Shown in pieces: positions 1 through 11,144 of a stretch of 64,000 nt of DNA. The translations under genes were made by a program, and so were the position numbers. Under the pieces are notes generated by a model that had not been told where the DNA came from, did no database searches, and saw nothing but the letters and a program-made list of their open reading frames with translations. Numbering within the stretch: the stretch's first letter is position 1; each line of letters opens with the position of its first letter. The stretch comes from Octopus vulgaris (taxonomy: Eukaryota), in NCBI GenBank assembly GCA_951406725.2, contig OX597838.1, forward strand, positions 31,744,001-31,808,000, given 5' to 3'.

Positions 1-179
1 AGGGTTAGTAGTGTGAGGGGTTAGAGAGAGTGATAGTCAAAGGGGGTTGATTTGTAGGAGGTGCAGTGTGCCACCTCATGTTATAGATAGGTGGGTAGAG
101 CAATGTGTGAAGGTGTGACAAGATGATGGTGATGATGATGATGATGATGATGATGAAGAGCATATCCTGAAGTTAACAT

Positions 180-550
180 GTCCAAGAGAGCATGGCCTCT
201 GAAAAATTAGAGCAGGGTGAGAATAGGGGGTGCTAGAATGTAGTTCCCTTTTTCTCGTGATTCTTGTATCATGATTCAGAAGGATAGAAATTGCAAAGAA
301 TACCTTGATACGAGTGATGGAAATAGGAGGAGGAGGAGGGGTATATTCAATATACATAAATGGATGCTTTCCAACAAGTTACAAGTGTTATGTTACAGTG
401 AAGAAGAGAAGGGCTGATGAGGGGGATAAGAGGATTTAGAATACTGCAGGTAGGAGAATAGATGGCAGGAAAATGTGAGGGTATAGAGTAGGAAATAGGG
501 GGAAGCGTGTACTGAGTAACAGGCAGGTGTAGATGCAGGTACCATTTCAC
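180..550 (-). mobile_element. Highly decayed CR1/Jockey-like LINE ORF2 fragment (region N-terminal to RT)
   Basis: Minus translation PTCSILNPLIPLISPSLL..ITLVTCWKASI and a downstream KKGN-like stretch resemble the LINE motif CAPELxxPLxxLFxxSLxxGxxPxxWKxAxVxPIxKKG; frameshifted and interrupted. Confidence 0.35.
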
Positions 551-659
551 TATTTTTAAATGGGTATTTATCCAAGCTTTCTTAGATCAGGCCTTATGTG
601 TGTATATAACATACGTGTTCATGCATGCACGCACTCACACACACACACACACACACAGA

Positions 660-808
660 AACATGGTTGTGTGGTTAAGAAGTTTGCATTGCAACCACTT
701 GGTTTGGGCTCAATCCCATTGGATGGTACCTTGGGAAAGTGGTTTTTACTGTAGCTCTGAGCTGGTCAAAACCGGTTGAGTGAATTTAGTAGGAAGAAAC
801 TGAAAGTA
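660..808 (+). mobile_element. SINE family B, degenerate 5' half
   Basis: tggttgtgtggttaagaagtttgc...ccttgggaaagtg...ggaagaaactgaaag, homologous to the head of 36769-37185. Confidence 0.7.
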
Positions 809-886
809 TTTCAATACATACATACATATACACACACACACACATGCATACATACATCCATTCATCCTTACATACATACACATATA

Positions 887-1235
887 TCATCATCATTTAA
901 TGTCCATTGTCCATGTTGGCATGGGTTTGACCAGAGCTGGCAAGCTGGAAGGCTGCACCAGACTCCAGCCTGAATTGGTATGGTTTTCTACAGCTGGATG
1001 CCCTTCCCATCACCAACCACTCCGAGAGTGTAACAGGTGCTTTTATGTGACACTGGCACAGGTGCCATTTACATCACACCAGTATCTGCCAAGACTGAGA
1101 TTTTGCTCAGCTTGATGGGTCTTCTTCCCAAGCACAACATAATTCCAAAGGTCTCAGTCATTGCCTCCACGAGGCCCAGCACTCCAAAAGAACTCAACCA
1201 CTTTGCCTCTGTGAGGTCCAATGCCCGAACAGAAC
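887..1235 (-). mobile_element. Family C non-autonomous RTE-tailed retroposon
   Basis: (cat)n tail then ttgtccatgttggcatgggtttgac...ctacagctggatgcccttcc, shared with 9386-9759 and 59745-60136. Confidence 0.8.
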
Positions 1236-1259
1236 ATCTTTATTATTGAGCAGCCTCTT

Positions 1260-1680
1260 AGATGTTTTTATACATTGATGGTCATAATGTGCTTCTATTT
1301 TCTCCTGAGGCTGCACAGTTCTCTTTCCATGTGGTCTCTTCCAATCTCTTGCATACTGCCTGACAACTGCACAGGTCCACCTTTTTCTTTTCCTGAGCCT
1401 TACACCATGTTCAATACAACAGAAATTGTGCGTTCAATATTCTGCAATTACATCATTACTCCACTCCTTTCTTCAATTGTCTCCTTTTGGTTATGTTCCT
1501 GCAATGATATTCTTCGCATGGATCTCTCCATAGTCGTCTGTGTTGTACCAGTTGCTGTTACATATATAATAAATTGTGTGTGTGTGTGTGTTCACTCCTG
1601 CATTCCATCACTCATGAAAATGGCCCCAAGGTACTTTAACTTCTCCACATGCACAACTGGGTTGGAAATGGTGTCAGAAC
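1260..1680 (-). mobile_element. Decayed RTE-clade LINE fragment
   Basis: Minus translation VEKLKYLGAIFMSDG (typical V..FKYLG after the RT core) plus downstream MRRI-like motif. Confidence 0.5.
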
Positions 1681-1694
1681 TGGCAGATGCTGGA

Positions 1695-1945
1695 TCATCA
1701 TCATCATGGTTCAACATCTGGTCTCCATGCTGGCATGGGTGGGATGGATTGACATGGAGCTGGTTAGCAGGGAGCTGCCTGGATTCCAACTGTTTGTTGT
1801 GTCATTGTTTCTATGGCTGGATGCCCTTTCTAACACCAACCACTTAACAGATTGTGCTGGGTGTTTATGCAGCACTGGCATGTGTGCATTAATGCAACAC
1901 CCTCATGAGTGCTTTTTAAGTGGTACCAGCACCTGAAAGGACAAG
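1695..1945 (-). mobile_element. Family C retroposon, diverged
   Basis: (cat)n, ccatgctggcatgggttgg, ctatggctggatgcccttt. Confidence 0.7.
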
Positions 1946-1994
1946 CCTGTATGTATGGAAGACAGTGATCAATCTTCTGGAATTTACAGAGGGC

Positions 1995-2208
1995 ATGGTA
2001 GCACGCCGGGTGAAATGCGTAGCTGTATTTCGTCTGCCGTTACGTTCTGAGTTCAAATTCCGCCGAGGTTGACTTTGCCTTTCATCCTTTCGGGGTCGAT
2101 TAAATAAGTACCAGTTATGCACTGGGGTCGATATAATCAACTTAATTCGTGTGTCTGTCCTTGTTTGTCCTCTCTGTGTTTAGCCCCTTGTGGATAGTAA
2201 AGAAATAG
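1995..2208 (+). mobile_element. SINE family A (tRNA-derived head, conserved central box)
   Basis: B-box-like gagttcaaattcc followed by gcctttcatcctttcggggtcgattaaataagtaccag...ctggggtcgat; dozens of homologues in this window. Confidence 0.9.
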
Positions 2209-2219
2209 GTATACTTCAT

Positions 2220-2390
2220 GGCTTGTCAGAAGGTGATCTCTCACATGCATTTGATAGGTTTTGCAGCCAAGCGCTGTTCAACAGGAGCACTAAAAATCAG
2301 TGCTGCAAAGTCTGAGTCACTCGTCCTCTCTGGGAAGATAGTGCAACGAATAATGTTATTGGTGAAGACTAGAGCAAATTATGTAAGTCT
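2220..2390 (+). mobile_element. RTE (Expander-like) RT fragment, decayed
   Basis: Translation SEGDLSHAFDRF..(frameshift)..LKISAAKSESLVLS resembles the RTE motif SxxDLQxALDRFxxECxxxGMKISxxKSExMVL. Confidence 0.5.
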
Positions 2391-2467
2391 TTAAATGAAG
2401 TTGTCATATCAGTGGTGCAGTGGATACAGGATCAAGATACACGAGAGGATGAACTGTTGACCTGTCT

Positions 2468-2500
<33 letters not shown>

Positions 2501-2660
2501 GTTTAACGTCCGTTCTCCATGCTAGCATAGGTTGGACGGTTCAGCTGGGGTCTGGGAAGCCAGAAGGCTGTACCAGGCCCAGTTTGATCTGGCAATGTTT
2601 CTACGGCTGGATGCCCTTCCTAACGCCAACCACTCCATGAGTGTAGTGGGTGCTTTTTAT
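2468..2660 (-). mobile_element. Family C retroposon, 5'-truncated
   Basis: (cat)n gtttaacgtccgttctccatgctagc...ggatgcccttcctaacgccaaccactcc. Confidence 0.9.
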
Positions 2661-3044
2661 GATATGAACAGGAAGAGGCTAATAGTCATTGGTTTGAAGA
2701 TGCTGGTGATGTATATGTCTACATCTATCATATATATATACAAGCACTTGTCATCCCTATGCCTTCCAGAGTAATGTCACGACTTCTCTAGCAGGGTTAT
2801 CTTTTCTTTAATTTCATTTCCTTAAGCGATCATTATGTACATGTTCATTCCAACCCCCAACCCCAACCCACCCCTGCACACACTATCATCATCATTATCA
2901 TCAACATAAAGCAAGGAAGGAATACTAAAGAAAACATAAGTCATACTTGTAAAGTTGTTGAAATACCATGGGAAGGATAAAGATTACAAATACTCACTCA
3001 TGCACGCACACAGACAGACAGACACACACACAGACAGACAGACA

Positions 3045-3079
<35 letters not shown>

Positions 3080-4183
3080 AAAAAAAACAAGGGAGCAGGC
3101 AAATTCATGGAGAATTGAAAAAGGTCATACATTTTATTTGTTTATTGAAGTATTATCTCACTACTACTACTACAACAACAACAACAACAACAACTACTAC
3201 TACTACTTCTGTTGGTGGTGGTGTTTCTTATAAGTGTCCTCCCTCAGTGGAAGTAATTATAGTTAGTTAAAAAGTCTTTGCAATTTGACTTTGATGAAGA
3301 AAACAGAAAAGGGAGAGACGTGTGTGTGTGGGGGGTACTAGATATATGGTGGTGTGGTGGTGGTGATGGTTCTAGCAGAGCTGTTCGGCTCTGTTGGCTT
3401 TGATTTCTTACTAAAGATGACATAAAATCATGGAATTGTTGATTTACTTAGAGAGAGAGAGAAAAGTAAGAAAATAAGGGAGCTATTAGAGAGAGAGAGA
3501 GTTAAGAAGCAATGAGAATAGAAAGAGAAGTAGACTTTATGCAATGAAAACATTCTATCTTTTTGAGTAAGTTTTTTTTTTCTTTTGGGTTCATGCATGC
3601 ATGCATGTGTGTATGTATGTGTGTGTGCTTCTGTGTATGTATAAATATATGCATGTATATATTTTATCTTTATCTTTTGATTACTCAGATTCTTTCTTTA
3701 AAAAAGAAACTGGTTCCTGGCAATGGGATTTGGTTAACGAAAATGATAAAAAGTTACATGTCAAACTTTAGAAAAGTCTTACATATCTTTACTGTACCAC
3801 TTATGGGCCGTATTTGTAAAGTGTGAGTTAGTCACCTAGTCTGCCTGAAAATCCCTGGTTTTCAAGTCAAGATTGGTGCCAGGTACACCAATATGTATTA
3901 TAAACTGAATTTGTAATCTGAATAAGGAAGCTATAGGTTTCTTGAAGGCAGCAATCTGTAAACATTGTCTTCTTCACTGAATTTGAATAAAATGCTCATA
4001 TCTGCTGGGTAGCTGACCCCTATGACCGTACATAATTTTTTCTTTTCTGTCCCTCACAATTATATCAGGTTATTTATTTATTTATTTGTTTGCGTTTGGC
4101 AGAAGTGTTAATGGGAATATTCCTTGTGCTCTCTCACACACACACTAATATTCCTTTTATTCAAACACACACACACACACATA

Positions 4184-4588
4184 TACTCTTTACTCTTTTA
4201 CTTGTTTCAGTCATTTGACTGCGGCCATGCTGGAGCACCGCCTTTAGTCGAGCAATTCGACCCCGGGACTTATTCTTTGTAAGCCCAGTACTTATTCTAT
4301 CGGTCTCTTTTGCCGAACCGCTAAGTGACGGGGACATAAACACACCAGCATCGGTTGTCAAGCAATGCTAGGAAGACAAACACAGACACACAAACACATA
4401 CATATATATATATATACATATATACGACAGGCTTCTTTCAGTTTCCGTCTACCAAATCCACTCAAAAGGCATTGGTCGGCCCAAGGCTATAGTAGAAGAC
4501 ACTTGCCCAAGATGCCACGCAGTGGGACTGAACCAGGAACCATGTGGTTGGTAAGCAAGCTACTTACCACACAGCCACTCCTGTGCCT
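4184..4588 (-). mobile_element. SINE family B, full length (tRNA head, CORE-like box, internal TA/CA tract, gtaaaaga tail)
   Basis: Near-identical to 32275-32678, 36769-37185, 39339-39757 and 41558-41954; minus-strand head ggctgtgtggtaag...ggttcagtccc, then cttgggcaagtgtcttct. Confidence 0.9.
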
Positions 4589-5106
4589 ATATTTGGAATG
4601 TATGTTTGTGAGGCATGTATAAATTGAAATTTGTATAACACTCTACATTTAGTTACATACACAAATACACACACACACACACACACACGTATGAATTAAT
4701 ATTAAAATTAAACTGCTGTTGTATGAAACACCTATATCAGTTGATTCATTAGGTGATGAGTGAATTAGAAGGCTGATTTGTCTGTTTAATGATTTGTTCA
4801 TAACTGCGAATGCTCAATGTTGCAATCCGTGTAACAAACAAACACAGCAACATAGAAATAAGAAACTACAAAAAAAAAAAAAAAAAAAGGAGAATTGTAT
4901 TAAGACGATGTTGAGGTGATTATTTTAGTGTTGTCTGTACTTTTGTATTGGTAGACCATCATTATCACCATCATTTTTATCATCATCGTTATCATTACCA
5001 TTGTCATCTTCCTCCTACATTATCATTTGTCTTCATTTTTATGCTTAAGGAACAATTGTTACATTCATTTGAATGTGCATTGTATTGCTGCTTCGCTTGC
5101 TGCTGC

Positions 5107-5108
<2 letters not shown>

Positions 5109-5173
<65 letters not shown>
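5109..5173. repeat. (CT)n microsatellite
   Basis: Direct reading. Confidence 0.95.
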
Positions 5174-5293
5174 AAGGTACACATTCACACAAACAGATAT
5201 TTACATTGACACATACATTCAGACATAACGCCCACTCACATGTATTTACAAGTGAGTGTGGAGAGGCACATCTCACCACTATCTATGCACCCC

Positions 5294-5301
5294 TATATGT
5301 A

Positions 5302-5332
<31 letters not shown>

Positions 5333-5354
5333 GTGTTCAATATACCCCCCACAT

Positions 5355-5408
<54 letters not shown>

Positions 5409-5434
5409 TCGATATACCCCCCACATATACATAC
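5294..5434. repeat. Local duplication of atatgtgttc(a/g)atataccccccacatatacatac around a (TA)n tract
   Basis: Two copies at about 5329 and 5401. Confidence 0.8.
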
Positions 5435-6909
5435 AGATGTCAGCATTACTGCAGACACCCATCAATCTTCTCCCTCTCTCTCTCTCTGCCCCCACTCAGA
5501 CACAATTGTGCTGAAGATAGAATTAATGAAATGGACAGAATCTAAAATTACTCTCTGAATAAAATCAGAAACCGTGTGTCTGTTAGGAAAAGATGTTCAA
5601 ATATTGAATTGTTTTACAGTGCTGCTGCTGCTGCTGATTGCCATTTCATTAACATAGTGTTGACTGTAGGTTGTTTTCTTTTGTGTAAAAAACACAGGCA
5701 GGGCTGCTTCACAATCACATGGTTTTTTGGTTACAATCTACTGTACACCACCTTGGGCAAGAATTTTTACCATAGCCTCAGACTAACCAAAGACTGAAGA
5801 ATGAAAGTTGATAGATAGAAACTGTGTAGAAACCTGGTGGAGGGACTGACCATTCCTGCTCTTGAGAGACAGACTTAATCTGTCATCAAGGAAATGGATT
5901 AAGCGCCAACACCTAGTCCTCGGCTGTCTTCAGTGGGGTACAGTCTGTTACAAGTACTTGCACTGGGTCTAAGGGCAATCACCTCTTCAAAGGTTTTGAA
6001 AATGGTCATAGGTGCTGTTTTTCCATCTCTAAGTAATAAAACGAAACAGAGATTAGTGGATAAAACACTGAGCTAGCAACCTAGAGATGTTGTGTTCAAA
6101 TAACGTAATATAAAAATATTAGTTGACTAAATTTTTTAATCTCTTCCTTCATAATTATTTTAATGCTTACTGTATTAAATCAGTTAACACACTAACTTAA
6201 CTATTATTTTCCATTGTGTTCATGTTCATAGGGTTATACAATTAATTCTGGTTTCCTCATATGACTTAGTTCTTTGAAATGCCTGATTGTTTGGAAATAG
6301 AAACTGATACACAATTTTTTTGCTTCAAATTTTTAAAGGTTTCTTAGCATCTATGTGTTTGTGTGTGTCTGGAAGTTTAATAGAGACTAGTAGCTTCTTC
6401 CAGAGTTCATAAGGACTCTTTCAAAGGCAGAATAGCTTCAGTTCACATTATTCGTACGTATTTCATTGTTTCTGATCAGGACACCTAATTGTACACACCT
6501 ATTAGAAACAAAGTTACTTCTTTTATGTGCTCTCTCTCTCTCTCATCAAGGACCCCAGGTACTATACAGCTTGGTGATGATTCTGAGCCAGAATGTCTAT
6601 CAAATCTCAGCACCACCACCACCACAACCTCTACCACCACCAAACCTTTCTGTTGAAGAATTAGAATAAAGTACACTTCATTTGTATTTTATAAATTAGT
6701 CAAAAATTGTAGGAAATATCTGTGACCTTTCAAGGTCATCTGCAGGTCAGTATCTGAAAGAACGAGGAGATGGAGAGTGAACTGCAGACATTTGATCCAG
6801 TACTTGCAACAGTCTGTTAAAAGCATCTGGAATCAGTATTAGTCTTATGCCATGAGTGTTTAGGATTGAGATGTGTAGAAATTTACTGTTTTAAAAATGC
6901 ATCCAGTCT

Positions 6910-7299
6910 GGATGGAAGCACTCCGTCGATTACGATGATGAGGGTTCCGGTTGATCCGAATCAACGGAACAGCCTGCTCGTGAAATTAACGTGTAAGTGG
7001 CTGAGCACTCCACAGACACGTGTACCCTTAACGTAGTTCTCGGGGATATTCAGCGTGACACAGAGAGTGACAAGGCCAGCCCCTTGAAATACAGGTACAA
7101 CAGAAACAGGAAGTAAGAGTGTGAGAAAGTTGTGGTGAAAGAGTACAGCAGGGATCACCACCATCCCCCGCCGGAGCCTCGTGGAGCTTTTAGGTGTTTT
7201 CGCTCAATGAAAACTCACAACGCCCAGTCTGGGAATCAAAACCGCGATCCTATGACCGCGAGTCCACTGCCCTAACCACTGGCCCATTGTGCCTCCACT
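6910..7299 (-). mobile_element. SINE family D, full length, with 10-bp TSD
   Basis: Minus-strand tRNA-like head (gtggaggcacaatgggccagtggttagggc...ggttttgattccc); TSD catccagtct at 6900-6909 and 7300-7309. Confidence 0.9.
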
Positions 7300-7378
7300 C
7301 ATCCAGTCTATAGGAACATAGAAAAAAGTGGAGCCAAATGAGAATTCCAGCCTTATTAGCTGAAGGTTTTATAGTTTA

Positions 7379-7556
7379 TTCTTTTACTTGTTTCACTCAT
7401 TTGACTGCAGCCATGCTGGAGCACCTGCCTTGGAGGATTTTAGTCAAACAAATTGACCCCAGGACTTATTTTTTAAGCCTAGAACTTATTCTATCAGTAT
7501 CTTTTTGCTGAACCGCTAAGTTACAGGGATATAAACATAGCAGCACCATTTGTCAA
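7379..7556 (-). mobile_element. SINE family B 3' fragment
   Basis: cttttacttgtttcactcatttgactgcagccatgctggagcacc...gaaccgctaag; ends where the Helitron begins. Confidence 0.8.
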
Positions 7557-7862
7557 TTTTTATGATCTAAAGGCTAACTCCATGAGTAAATTAAAAACAT
7601 TCCAGGCCGAATCTGGACCTGCAATCCTGAAATTTTGGATTCCTATGTCTTTATTACCGCGATTATTTTTGGCTATTTTTTTTACATGATTTTTTTTGTG
7701 ACGAATATAATCATCATTGGGATATGACTCTGGAGGAAGCAATTGCAACAAATTCTCCAAAACAAGTCAGAGATCTGTTTGCAGATCTTCCCATTCAGGG
7801 TCAGTTACTTAAAAGCTATATACTAACTTAAAAGCTACCCGATAGGGTGACTTTTGAGCTAG
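7557..7862 (+). mobile_element. Non-autonomous Helitron retaining a RepHel coding remnant
   Basis: 3' hairpin (aagctacccgatagggtgacttt) then CTAG at 7859-7862 followed by T; 7703-7783 translates EYNHHWDMTLEEAIATNSPKQVRDLFA, matching the RepHel motif EDDxxWxxTLxEAxxxxxPxQLRxLFA. Confidence 0.8.
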
Positions 7863-8374
7863 TATTTGCTATAAATATGATTGTGTGGTTCTCCTAGCTG
7901 GCAGTGTGTGTCTTTGATGGCATTTGAACTAGACACACACATTTTTCCATACCGTGAAACCTAATACAAGGCACTTCAAAATACTTAATAGCAAGTATAT
8001 CTATTGTATCATCAGAACTAAAGTCTTGTTCCTGGCTTTGGAGATTTTTCTACACACCTTACATATATATATAAATATATATATATATATATTCAATTTC
8101 ATTAAGGTATTTTGATAGAACCATACTGCTTGTTATTTTGGAAGATTCTTGATGTCAGTTAAATTACTGGTATTAGGGTTTACAGTACCATATTTCTCCT
8201 GAATGTTAATTGGAAGGTGAGATGATGAAGAAAAGTCAAAATCTAGGTTCTATGTTAAGTAAATCATTTACCAAGAAAGATTTGTGAGACAAGCCTAGGT
8301 GTGCAAGTGCGGCCTGCATGCGTGTGTATGTACATACATACATACATACATGCATATATATACGTATACATATA

Positions 8375-8408
<34 letters not shown>

Positions 8409-8987
8409 CATATTGAAAAAACTGGCTGTAACTGATAAATCATAAAGAAATAATAATGAAAGTTAAGATTAAAATAAAACAAGGAGTATGAGAATCAAAA
8501 TGAAGGAAAAAAAATGAAGAAAATACAAAAAAAAACCCAAACTAATTGGACTAGAAACAAGTAATGAGAGAGAGAGAGAGAGGGAGAGAGATTGTGGTTT
8601 TCTATATTGTTAGTGAGAACAAATTACTAATCCCTGTTTTAGTGAAGATAAATTAGACCTGAACAGCCTGTGAAATAGATGGAAGAGACCTCATTACGGT
8701 GTGTGCATAAGTGTAAGGGGAATTGTACTGACAAAAGTGTGATTATTCTTGTAGATTACACTAATTAAGTAACCTGCTCCTGCTAAAGAAGTTCCATCAG
8801 GTTTAACAAAATGGTTCATCACTTTATCCCTACTTCTCTCTTTCTTTATTGTCTCCATTCCTCACTTCTACCTTTCTACTCATTCATCCATAATGACCTT
8901 GGCTTCACAGGTAGGAATATAACAAGGTAGCAAAGGGAACTAGATACACACACACACACACACTATATATATATATATATATTATGT

Positions 8988-9157
8988 GAAGATGCATGGC
9001 TTAGTTGTTAGGGTATTCAGTTTCCTGATTGTAAGATCATGAGTTCAATTCCTGGTGACATGTTCTTGAGCAAGACCCTTTATTTCACATTGCTCCAGTC
9101 CACTCAGCTGGCATAAACGAATAGTACCTGTGTTTCAAAGGGCCAGCCTTGTCACAC
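8988..9157 (+). mobile_element. SINE family D-related 5' part
   Basis: tggcttagttgttaggg...gagttcaattcctgg...tttcaaagggccagccttgtcacac, the latter shared with 7060-7095. Confidence 0.7.
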
Positions 9158-9250
9158 TGTCCTTATGTTTACAAGGGGGGCGAAACTAGTCTCTGGATGC
9201 AGGCTTAGCTGGGTGGAGGTGCTTGTCTCCCCCTTGTAAACATAAGGACA
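9158..9250. repeat. Perfect 22-bp inverted repeat (hairpin or mini-MITE)
   Basis: tgtccttatgtttacaaggggg ... cccccttgtaaacataaggaca. Confidence 0.85.
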
Positions 9251-9385
9251 CAAGAAATGTGTCAAGGCCAACAGGAAGTGTTGATGCTTCCTAGGGCTAA
9301 ATAGCAGTGGTGTGATTCCCTTCATGGGACTGTCACATTAAGTTGACAGTATACAACTACTCTATATATATATACATATACATAT

Positions 9386-9759
9386 TGAAATCGAAATTGA
9401 ACCAATCCTATGACTGGCACCCGGAAGATGCCAGGACCCCTGGACTGGTGGTACATAAAAAGCACTATCCGAATCGTGGCCGATGCCAGCGCCGCCTTGA
9501 CTAGCTTCCGTGCCGGTGGCATGTAAATTGCACCAATCCGACCGTGGCCGTTGCCAGCCTCGCCTGGCACCTGTGCGGGTGGCACGTAAAAAGCACCCAC
9601 TACACTCACGGAGTGGTTGGCGTTAGGAAGGGCATCCAGCTGTAGAAACATTGCCAGATAAGACTGGAGCCTGGTGCAGCCTTCTGGCTTCCCAGATCCC
9701 CGGTCGAACCGTCCAACCCATGCTAGCATGGAGAACGGACGTTAAACGATGATGATGAT
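9386..9759 (+). mobile_element. Family C retroposon with internal ~55-bp repeats
   Basis: ggtggcacgtaaaaagcac units, gttaggaagggcatccagctgtagaaac, (gat)n tail; probable TSD atatacatat. Confidence 0.9.
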
Positions 9760-10917
9760 ATACATATAAAGGCCTTTTGGCTTTGAAATAGCATAAGACA
9801 AGACCTGCAGAAGTAAACACAAATAGGAAAATATTCTATAAAGCTTGAAATGGAAAGTAGAGAAATAGAAAGGATAAACTGAAATATGTACACAATGAGA
9901 AGGAAAACAAAAATTTAATGACAATTGTTGGCAATTCTAAAGAAGGAGGCGGTACTATTTCAAGACATCAAGAATAAAGTTTTGATTTGAATAACATCCT
10001 TGGGGAAAAGGACAATGTCATCTTTAAGAGATAATTGGTTGCTATGGACACGTTGTTGTGGTCTCAGTCCACAGGAAGTGGCTGACCATGAGAAGTTACC
10101 AACTGTAGGTTACACTGCTAGGAAGTGGTATACTGGGAGAAGAAAAAAATATTTACTTGTGGTTGGGAGCAACTAGAATACAGGTAGGTAAATAGAGCTG
10201 TGGTATTGAGATAATTAGATCAAAGGTGATGGCACAGGTTAGTGTTGGCTGTGATATACAATACTGTGTAATAAACCATTCCAAGCATAAAGAAGCTAAG
10301 GAAGTTGTTTGGTTTAGGAATTTCAAAGAAAACGTGCTGAGTATTCTGTGAGAAATTGCATAGCAAAATAAGCACAGTAGAGCCATTAAGTAGGTGTAAA
10401 ACAGCTGTTGTTGTTGTAGCAAGCAGCAGTAGTCGGTTGGGTGGGTATATTTTTGTGTTGATTACTCATTCACTAATTTAGTTTCTCTTGATCCTGTCAT
10501 TAAATCTGCAACAGTTTCTCTTCCCCCTTACTGGTTGGTGTAAACTCTATTCATAAAAACCGAAACTAATTACGTCAACAGTAGAAACAATTCTTAGCAC
10601 TGATACTGTAACCGTCTGTTTATTGGGAGTTTTAGAAAAAAAATCTCTCTCTCTCTGTTAAAGTTTGTCAATTCTTGTTTTAGTATCAACTTGGTAAATG
10701 GTAGCCACAACCCAGCCCACCATTACCTAATACTGTCAATCACTGGTCCTCCACTGTCTTATGTATCATTCACCTCCCTGCTCTTCTTACCTTCTTTCCA
10801 CAATACAGCTTTTTAGCCTTTTGTCCTCCACTGACCTATATATTACCTCTGTCTCTCCTAATGAACCAAACTCTCAAATTATCGCACACACACACAAACA
10901 CACACACACACACACAA

Positions 10918-11070
10918 GGTGGGTGTGTTATTAAAAAGTTTGCTTTCCAACCACATGATTTTGGGTTCAATTGCACTGCATGACACCCTGGGCATGTGTC
11001 TTTTACTATAGACCTGGACCAAACAGTCTTGCAAGTGGATTTAGTCAATGGAAACTGAAAGAAGCCAATC

Positions 11071-11075
<5 letters not shown>
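10918..11075 (+). mobile_element. SINE family B 5' half, diverged
   Basis: aagtttgctttccaaccacatg...ggaaactgaaagaagcc. Confidence 0.75.
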
Positions 11076-11113
<38 letters not shown>

Positions 11114-11144
11114 CATGCACACACATACACTGATATTTTTTAGG

